In this document: positions 56,531 through 64,000 of the stretch, in pieces
Layout of the letters: every line of letters starts with the position of its first letter
Position numbering within the stretch: position 1 is the stretch's first letter
NCBI GenBank assembly: GCA_965240325.2
Contig: OZ251227.1
Location: 434,001-498,000 of the forward strand
Direction of reading: 5' to 3'
From: Rebecca billardiae RCC1528
Lineage: Eukaryota; Protista; Haptophyta
DNA length: 64,000 nucleotides
Translations under genes and position numbers: made by a program
The notes under the pieces: generated by a model
The model's database searches: none
Seen by the model: the letters and a program-made list of their open reading frames with translations, nothing else
Told to the model about the DNA's origin: nothing

Positions 56531-57351
56531 CGCTGCGCGCATGCCGGCATCGTTACTGTTGGGCGCTCCTTGCCTCTGGCAGCGGCGTGGGTATCATCAC
56601 GCCGTTTCGTCGTTCAGTTGCCCGGTGCCGCAGTCCTGTGATGCCCGACTCGGTGATGGGCGGGCGATGCAGCTGCGGAAGTGCGGAACGGCGACGTCGG
56701 GCAACGCGGTGAATGAACGCGGCTGCGCCGCTCCTGGCACCGCGCGGCTAGCAGTCACACTACTCACACAAAATTTACAGGTGTGACGGGGCTGTTGCCA
56801 GCGGTCTCAGGTCAGGAGTCTCGAGTCCGCGTCGGCCTGACTCGGGACCGGGTCTCGGCCTCACCCGGGGGCCGCTCGTAGTTCCCCGCAGGCTGCCCGA
56901 TGACTTCTCGGACGGACGCGGGCGGCTGGCGGTGAGTGCCAGCAGCTATATTCTGCGAGCCGCGCAACGGGCCGACACGGCCGGCCGGGCCGCGCGAAAC
57001 CGCCGAAAGTCTACGCCGCGAACCGCCGCGGGGCGGCGGGCGGGCCGCGGGCGGGGAGTGACCGTGGCAGGCACAGGGGCGGACCGTAGTCACCGGCCCA
57101 CGCGGCCGCCGGCCCCGTATATAGGTGTGCTCAGCAGCCGCGGTCCTATATAGTCGGCCGCCAATGATCTGGCCGATTCTGGTCGCCTCGGGTCGGAGCC
57201 GGCAGTCGATCTGAGCCTGGAGTGAGTGACGGTCCCGACGGCGGCCAGCCCCGGCCCCGGCCACTCTGGCGGCAGAGGAGTCGGCATCTTAGCCTTACGC
57301 CAGTGATGGGCTGAGGGTACAGTGTGGATGAGGGCGACCGGCATCACTCGT

Positions 57352-58086
57352 CTAGCCAACAAATTCATCGTCCTGCGCACGTATCAGGAGGTGCCAGTGT
57401 CAGCGTGAAACTGGCGAGGGGGTGATGGTCGCTCATGATCAATGGAATTGACGCATGCAGCAGAGCACTTGGCAGCGCGCGCACCTGGAAGGTGCCCTTC
57501 TGCACTGTGCCGTCCTTGAGAATCTTCTTCCCCTCACCGTGCATCTTATCGTTCTGATGCGCGTACGTGCACAACCCAAGGCGCGCGGGCGAGGCGGGGC
57601 AGGGGCAGCGGGGCATTTGGCAGGTGGGCACCTGAGCGCAAGCCGCTGCCTTCCGGACCGTGGCGCAGAGACGCACCCTGAACTCGCCGATGTATTGCGC
57701 GCCGTCTGGCCAGGTGAGCATCCCCTGCCCGTCCATCTTATCCTCCTACGCGCGTGGCGCGACGTATTGGGGCGGGTAGCGGCGCCCGATCAGAGCCGGC
57801 GCAGCACCCAGCAAGCACTGCGCATCGCAGCAGCACACGCTCGCGATCAACGCACAGGGCCACACCTTGAAGTCGCCAATGTACATGATGCCACTCGGCC
57901 AGAGGCACTTCCCCTTACCGTGCATCATGGCATCCTGGCGTCCGCGAGGCAGGATGGGCTCGTTGAGCGGCGAGCAGCCAGTGCTTGCACAGCGCGTGCC
58001 GTTCCTGTGCGACAGCGGGCGCCACCCATCACACGCACCTTCCATTCACCCGTGTACTTACCACCATCTGGCCTGTAGTTGGGCAT
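57352..58086 (-). CDS. Small MORN-repeat protein (91 aa); exons 58039-58086, 57866-57934, 57677-57745, 57485-57553, 57352-57372
   Basis: Spliced product MPNYRPDGGKYTGEWK-DAMMHGKGKCLWPSGIMYIGDFK-EDKMDGQGMLTWPDGAQYIGEFR-NDKMHGEGKKILKDGTVQKGTFQ-DDEFVG. All introns are GT-AG and phase 0. Confidence 0.9.
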
Positions 58087-58352
58087 GCCCCGTAGACTCC
58101 GGGCGTGCAGTACCTGTCGCCCGCGTGTGACCGCGCGCACGCCGCCAACAAGCCGCCATGCGACTGTCGACGGCATCGCGCGATCGCCGATCGCCGCTCT
58201 CACGGCCGCGGAGTTGATGGCCGGCCCTGCTTGGACGTACGACGTATTTCCGGTTGCTGCGAGTAGCCAATCGGCAATCGCGACCGAGAGCGGGCTGGCA
58301 GCGGTTCCGTCTGCCGTTGGTGGAGCAAGTGTTTCTCTCTCTCATCGACACG

Positions 58353-60113
58353 ATGGCGGCATCCTGGGCACAGCCGCTTACAGGCCTTCGCGCGCTGGGC
58401 GGCGGGCTACGCGCGGTCGCGACCGACCTGGTCTGGCTGCTCTACCTGGCGATCGCACTGCTTGTCGCCGCGTGGCATCTCCGCGCGCGGCTACTCCCAG
58501 TCGCCGCGCGCCGCTTTGCCGAGCTCGAGCTCGAGCTCGACGACGTCGTGCTCCCGCCCGGCGGCGTGCGCTGGGCCGAGAAGCCGCTCGAGCGCGCGCT
58601 GAGCGGCGACATGCCGTTCGACTCGCTCGACTTCGTGCTCGTGAAGGTGGTTCTATACGTCCTTCCCGCCGCGACCGCAGCGGAGACCGAGGCGTCGGCG
58701 CGTGAGTCGCGCGCCGCGCCGGGCGACGTGCCGCGGCTGGAGGAGCTGCTGCGCGCGCAGGCGGTGCGCTTGCGGCTTGAGCGCGTGGGTCCGCGACTCT
58801 TTGACGTGCGAGTCGAGCTCGAGCGCCCGCACATCCGCCTCGTCGCGCACGACGCCGCCTTCCGCGAGACCAATCTTGGCTGGCTCTGGGCCGAGTCCCC
58901 GCCCGCGCCGCCGCCGCCCGCGCCACCGCCCGCGCCTGCGCCCGCGGGCGGCGGCGCGAGCGCGAACGACGCTGTGGTGGCCGGCACCCCGCCCGCGCGC
59001 GGCGGCGGTGCCAAGCCCATCGTACGGCGTGCGCGCGCCGCGGGCGCCAGCGCGCCGCCGGCGCATGCGCCTGAGGCTGAGCTGTCGACGAGCGCGCAGC
59101 TGCGCCGGCGGGTGTGCAGCGTGCGGCTCATCGACGGCGGCCTGAGCCTCGAGGTGGCACCGCCGCGCGTCGGCGCCCCCGGCGGCGCCGCTCCCGCGCC
59201 GCGCCCGCTGCTCAGCGTGCCGCTCGTTGACGAGGCCGTGCCTGTGGCCGCACTCGCTGAGGCGACACCGGCGGCGCTCGTCCGCTGGCTGGCCGCCCTC
59301 GCCCTGCGGCTGGCCGCGCAGGCGCGTGCAGCGCGCGACCCACAGCTCACCGAGACGCTCGCCGCGCTCAGCCGACTGGTGGACAGCCACCTCCCCGGCG
59401 GCGGCGCCGAGCCCGCGCGCGCCGCGCTCGGCGCGCGCGCGCGTGACGCGGCGCGCGTCTTGCAGCACGCGGCGCACGCAGCCGAGCCGGCACTCGCCGC
59501 GCTCGCGTCGCGCGCGGACGCCGCCGCGGCCGCCGCGGGCGGCGCGGCGGGCGCGCCGCCAACCTCCGCGCAGCGCGCCGTGCGCGCCGCCGAGGCTGCG
59601 CGCCGCGGCGCGGCGGACGCGCCAACGCACCTGGCCACAGCCGCCGGGCAGCTGGGCGCTCTGCTCGGCGCGGCGGAGCAGGTGGGCACGTGCGCCGCGC
59701 CGCTTGCCCAGCCGCTGCTGGGCTTGGTTGCTGCAGATCAACGGCGCGCGTGTGCAGAGCGCGGGGAGCGCTCTCTCGGCGAGCGCGCTCCCGAGCTGCT
59801 CCGCGCGGTCGGCGCGGCGGGCGCGCAGCTGCAGCAGCAGCTCGGGGCGGCCGCGGCTGACCCCCTTCCGCGCGGTGCGGGCCCGGCGGTCGGCGGCGCA
59901 CGGCCGGCAGGCGGCGAGCCTCCCCCACCGGTCGAGAAGCTTGTGCTACGGGGGCTTGCCGCAGGCGTCGGCGCTTTCCTCCGCGCGAGCGGCCGCGCGG
60001 CGGACGCCGCGAACGGCGCGCAGGCCGGCTCGCAGCGGGCGGCCGAGCCGGGGAGCGGCGACGGCGGGCGCCCGCGTCCCGTCCGCAGGCGGCGAGCTCG
60101 TGATGCGGAATGA
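58353..60113 (+). CDS. Uncharacterised membrane-anchored protein (possible AsmA-like N-terminal beta domain)
   Basis: TM helix LVWLLYLAIALLVAAW, then alternating beta-strand patterns (LELELDDVVL; VRLRLERV; VELERPHIRLV...ETNLGWL) and an Ala-rich helical tail. Confidence 0.6.
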   Translation: MAASWAQPLTGLRALGGGLRAVATDLVWLLYLAIALLVAAWHLRARLLPVAARRFAELELELDDVVLPPGGVRWAEKPLERALSGDMPFDSLDFVLVKVVLYVLPAATAAETEASARESRAAPGDVPRLEELLRAQAVRLRLERVGPRLFDVRVELERPHIRLVAHDAAFRETNLGWLWAESPPAPPPPAPPPAPAPAGGGASANDAVVAGTPPARGGGAKPIVRRARAAGASAPPAHAPEAELSTSAQLRRRVCSVRLIDGGLSLEVAPPRVGAPGGAAPAPRPLLSVPLVDEAVPVAALAEATPAALVRWLAALALRLAAQARAARDPQLTETLAALSRLVDSHLPGGGAEPARAALGARARDAARVLQHAAHAAEPALAALASRADAAAAAAGGAAGAPPTSAQRAVRAAEAARRGAADAPTHLATAAGQLGALLGAAEQVGTCAAPLAQPLLGLVAADQRRACAERGERSLGERAPELLRAVGAAGAQLQQQLGAAAADPLPRGAGPAVGGARPAGGEPPPPVEKLVLRGLAAGVGAFLRASGRAADAANGAQAGSQRAAEPGSGDGGRPRPVRRRRARDAE

Positions 60114-60678
60114 CGATGACGAGTGCCGCCACCGAGTACTACTAAGCTAGAGTCTCAGAGTGTGACTACGCTCTGCTGTGAGTGCTGTGACTCTGCTCCC
60201 GATCCGGCCGAATCGCCGATGGCGATGCAGATGCTGCGCGCTATGCTGCGCTTATATATACTACAGTACTCGCGTAGTCTCAGGCGCTTCTGCGCTGTCT
60301 CGATATGTAGCTGCTGATACAGGCTGCTCGCCCAGACTCTCGTCTGACTCTGGCACTCTGACTGTCTGAGCTCTCGGACTCCGGGCCTCTCCGAGACCGA
60401 GTCCGGACGGAGTCTCGTCCGTCTCTCGGTCTCTCAGCTGGCTGTACTTCGCTCTCAATCTATACCCGCCAAGGGCAAGTAGCTAGGACCGCCGTGCCCG
60501 TGACACACTACTCACATATTATACGGCCCGGCAGCAGCCCGCGCGTTGTAACTCCCGGTACCGCCGATAACCGAATACTGACGTGACCTGCTATACTGCG
60601 CGCGCTATTCTATGAGTCGTCTGTCCCGAGTCATATAGTCTGTCTGATCACTGAGAATCGCGCCAGCCTGAGCCGTCG

Positions 60679-62340
60679 TCAGCTGTCGTCCTCAGGGTTG
60701 CCGCCCCAGCGCGTCGGGCGGCCGAGCCGCTCATCTGCCACGCGCATCTGGAGGTAGAGCTCCTCGCACCGCTCGCGCGCCCACCTGTGCTCGGTGTCGC
60801 GCAGGAACTTGAGCGCGCTCTTCACCGTCGGTCGCGCGGCCGGCTCGAAGCAGCGCACGCCCGTCTCGGCCGCGAGCGCCGCCCAGCCCATGCGCGCTTG
60901 CAGCTCCTCCACGATCTGCGCCAGCTTGACGCCCTCGAGCAGGCGCCGCGCCGAGCGGGCCTCGAGTGCGCGCGGAGTGATGTCACCACTCGCGTCGCCG
61001 GCGCGCTCGCGCCCCGCGGCCGACATGCTCGCCATGCGCAGCGCGGGCGGGCGGGTGGCGCGACGGCGGCGCGGCGGCCCGTCGAGCGCGAGCTGCCCGC
61101 ACGCGCCCTCGGCGTCGCGCCCGACGGCGCTCGTCCACCGCACGAGCGCGTTCACGCCGCGCGCGCGCAGCCGCGCGTGGAAGGCGGCGACGGCCTCGTC
61201 CGACGGAGTGGCGTAGCCGAGCGCCGCGCCGGGCGCCGTCGGGTTGTACGGGATCAGGTTGACGAACGCGCCCGGCCCCGCGCCGGCCGCGCGCGAGCGC
61301 GCCCCGCAGAACTCGGCGAGCGCGGCCGCGTCCTCGGCGCCATCGTTCACACCCTCGATCAGCAGGTACTCGAGCATGGCGCCGCAGCCGCTCAGCCGCG
61401 CGTGCGCGTCGAGCGCGGCCGCGAGCTCCGGCAGCGGGCACTCGCGCGCGGAGGGCAGCAGCGAGGCGCGCAGCGGCTGCGTCGCCGCGTGCAGCGAGAG
61501 CGCCAGCCGCACCGTGGGCGCGCACTCGCCCAGCCGCACAATGGCCGCCGCCGAGCCGCCGACCGTCGAGACGGTCAGCTGCCTCGGCGAGAGAGCGAAG
61601 AGGTTCATGTGCGTGAGCGCGCGCGCGGCGCGCAGCACCGCGTCGAGGTTGTCCAGCGGCTCGCCCATCCCCATGAACACCACGTTGCGCAGCGGCGCCT
61701 CCTCCGCGCCGCCGGGAGCCGCCGCGCCGTGCGCGATCAGCTGCCGCGCCAGCCACGCCTGCTCCACAATCTGGGCCGAGCTGAGCTGCGCGCGCAGGCC
61801 CATGGCGCCGGTCGCGCAGAAGGTGCAGCGGCGCGTGCAGCCCACCTGGGACGAGACGCACAGCGTGTGCCGCGCCGTGCCCGAGCTGCGGTGCTCGTGC
61901 CGAATCAGCACGGTCTCCACGCGCTCGCCGCTGCCGAGCTCGACGAGCAGCTTGCGGCCGCCGCCCGCGGAGTCGCGCGTCTCGACCACGCGCGACGCGC
62001 TCGCCGTGAATGCGGCGCACAGCTCGCGAGCGCGCTCGCGCGGCAGCCCGGCGGCCGCGAGCGCGGTCGCGTCGAGATCGCCACCAGCGCGGAAGAGCGA
62101 GCGGTACACAGCCTGCAGGTGGAGTGGCTTGAGACCGCGCGCCGTGCACCACTCCTCGGCGAGCTCGAGATCAAAGATGGACGCCTGGCCCTCGCGCGGC
62201 CACTCTGGCACAGTGCGCGCGGCTGAGGGCAAGCGGTTACCCGCGGCGAGCGTCCATGCGTGCGCCCCACCGGCGAGAAGCACGCAGCTCGTCGCAAGGA
62301 GCGTCCACGGTCGGCCGGCACGTCGGCCGGCACGCGCCAT
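60679..62340 (-). CDS. rlmN: RlmN/Cfr-family radical SAM RNA methyltransferase with a C-terminal VF530/DUF2132-like domain; organelle-targeted
   Basis: VETV, CVSSQVGCTRRCTFCATG, VFMGMGEP, SLHA, EYLLIEGVND, NLIPYN and GACGQL. C-terminal LEGVKLAQIVEEL...MGW...CF...PTVKSALKFLR...WARERCEELYL. N-terminal signal peptide. Confidence 0.88.
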   Translation of the reverse strand: MARAGRRAGRPWTLLATSCVLLAGGAHAWTLAAGNRLPSAARTVPEWPREGQASIFDLELAEEWCTARGLKPLHLQAVYRSLFRAGGDLDATALAAAGLPRERARELCAAFTASASRVVETRDSAGGGRKLLVELGSGERVETVLIRHEHRSSGTARHTLCVSSQVGCTRRCTFCATGAMGLRAQLSSAQIVEQAWLARQLIAHGAAAPGGAEEAPLRNVVFMGMGEPLDNLDAVLRAARALTHMNLFALSPRQLTVSTVGGSAAAIVRLGECAPTVRLALSLHAATQPLRASLLPSARECPLPELAAALDAHARLSGCGAMLEYLLIEGVNDGAEDAAALAEFCGARSRAAGAGPGAFVNLIPYNPTAPGAALGYATPSDEAVAAFHARLRARGVNALVRWTSAVGRDAEGACGQLALDGPPRRRRATRPPALRMASMSAAGRERAGDASGDITPRALEARSARRLLEGVKLAQIVEELQARMGWAALAAETGVRCFEPAARPTVKSALKFLRDTEHRWARERCEELYLQMRVADERLGRPTRWGGNPEDDS

Positions 62341-62518
62341 CGTCGGGGGTTCGATCGAGCACGTGTTCCGGACACTCCCACATTCGATCCGGCCGGGGCG
62401 GGTCCTGCCAACCTTCAGGCTCGGGCGGGAAATCTCCCGGGCCGTGGTCCACTGGCGAGCGGCGTGCTGAACACGCAATCGGAGGCCAGGCAGGAAGGTC
62501 ACCGTCCGTGTCGACGCC

Positions 62519-63560
62519 ATGCCCTCGCGATACCTCGTCCTGCTAGACATGAACGGCTCGCTCTGTTACCGCACCGAAGAGGCCGTCCGAGGTGCTCGTG
62601 AAGACCTCTACGTTCGGCGCAAATACTACTACGCCCGGCGCGGCATCGACAAGTTCGTACGCGCCCTGGGCACCAGCGGCAAGTTCGAGATCTGCGTGTA
62701 CACGTCCATGATGGGGCACAACGCGGAGGCGGGGCTGAACGCCGTCCTCCGCGAGCGTGAGCACATCTCGCATGTGCTTGACCGCAAGATGAACAAGCCC
62801 GACCCCGACGGCGTCAACGACTGGGACACAGTTCGTGACATGGACAAGGTGTGGAGTCGCCTGACCGGGTATGGTCCCGAGCGCACACTGCTTGTGGACA
62901 ATGAGGAGCGCAAGTTTAAGGACACGCCCCTCAACGGCATCATCGTGCCCGAGTTTGGGCCAAGAGAGATCCTCTCTCGTGATTCAAGCACGCTGGACGC
63001 CCTGCTGACGTACATGCTGCAGCTAGGCGAGGACGCGCCTGAGGACGTGAGGGTGTACATGCGCGCACGGCCTCCGTTCGACGTCGCCTCTTCAGGCAAG
63101 GAGCTCACTGCACCCTCCACGGCCACGGATGTCCTTGCCAGCACGCTAGCGACGGCGCTTTCGCTCAACGAGACTGAGGTTGATCCTACCAAGATCCCGC
63201 CGGGCATGCGCTTCCACCTGGTGTGCATCGAGAACGGCCAGTTCGTCATGAGCGGAGGCAAGGATGATGTGCGCGCGTCGCGCCCCCCAACAAGGAGACT
63301 GAGCCGGCTCAAAATCCTCCTCACACTCGTGACCCACCTTCCACTCCGGACCGCGCCCCGCTGGACTGTGCTTTCTGCAACCCTGCTGGCTGTGCCGCCC
63401 CGAGCAGGCTCACTACATTGCACGCGGACCGGTGCCAGAGCAGGGGCGCATCGAGCCAAAAATGGATTTCGTTCGGCTGCTGGAGCTCGTGGGCGAGCGC
63501 AAGGTCAAGGTCGAAGCCACTCATGCGCAGCCTGCCGGTGGACGAACTTCGTCGTCCTAG
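62519..63560 (+). CDS. FCP1/NIF-like HAD-family phosphatase; intron 63269-63407
   Basis: LVLLDMNGSL, RRGIDKFV, VYTSM, RDMDKVW, TLLVDNEERK and NGIIVPEF. A GTGCGC..GCAG intron leads to a 50-codon last exon ending in TAG at 63560. Confidence 0.8.
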
Positions 63561-64000
63561 TGCAGTAGTCAGGCAACACTTCTCGTTCGTGGCCTTTCCC
63601 AATTCCCAGTGGCGGGGCGCCGACCGCGTTGAGTGTTGGTGTTAACGAATTAATTACGGGCGGATCGTCGACGTCAGACTCGGACTATAGTTCCAGAGGC
63701 CCGCTATCTAACTATTTATAATGTAGTATCTTCATCAATTCCATTATACGTCATATACGCCAATACGTAATTAATTAGAGACACCGTTACTTTACTGCTG
63801 ATATAGTCGTCTGCCGCTGCACGACGAATCAGTCGAATCATGCGGCTACTGGCTAGTGCCTAGCCCTAGGGCTAGTGAGTAGTGGCTAGTTATTATTCAT
63901 ACTTAGTGATACGTACTACAATATATATATATATATGATCGGCTACGCCGATCTTCGGGTAGTAAACAACGAAGTTGAGGGCGCACGGCCCTAGCTAGTT

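Noticed and set aside
2645-62470. Numerous long Arg/Ala/Gly-rich overlapping ORFs (e.g. 3282-5810, 14060-15985, 30116-32812, 60787-62226)
   Set aside because: These are expected stop-poor alternative frames of very GC-rich coding DNA, with no recognisable domains.
62519-62570. DxN instead of DxD in the phosphatase motif taken as a sign of a novel pseudo-enzyme
   Set aside because: DLNG-type variants are common among uncharacterised FCP1/NIF-domain proteins, so this is not distinctive.
1-64000. tRNA, rRNA or snRNA genes
   Set aside because: No cloverleaf or conserved rRNA/snRNA motifs were recognised by eye. A covariance-model scan would be needed to exclude them.

Overview
Very GC-rich (roughly 70% by eye), gene-dense eukaryotic nuclear DNA with short GT-AG introns (about 99-173 nt) and AT-rich or (TA)n spacers. 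Several proteins carry bipartite signal-plus-transit presequences, so the host is probably an alga with a complex plastid, such as a haptophyte (inference only). I can model about 24 protein-coding genes. Enzymes: a degenerate DEAD-box helicase, RECQ1, M17 aminopeptidase, CDP-alcohol phosphotransferase, YghU-like GST, KDM2/7-type JmjC protein, two sulfotransferase-like proteins, RlmN-type radical SAM enzyme and an FCP1/NIF phosphatase. Membrane, structural and other: a SAM-domain membrane protein, thioredoxin-like [2Fe-2S] ferredoxin, MscS-like channel, triple-repeat helical protein, F-box/RCC1, ACBP-ankyrin, dynein intermediate chain and a MORN protein. Regulators: a CBP60-like/ankyrin protein and a PAS-domain protein. 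There are also two inverted copies of a ~1.5-kb transposon-like element and decayed gene fragments. The most striking candidates are two putative Ig-fold transcription factors. One joins a CBP60/SARD1-like DNA-binding region to C-terminal ankyrin repeats (NF-kB p105-like layout); the other joins a CudA/STAT-like domain to tandem PAS domains. Also notable: a natural DQAD pseudo-helicase, an RlmN-VF530 fusion, a CDP-alcohol phosphotransferase-CREST fusion and a one-exon-per-repeat MORN gene. All homology calls come from motif recognition by eye; no searches were run.
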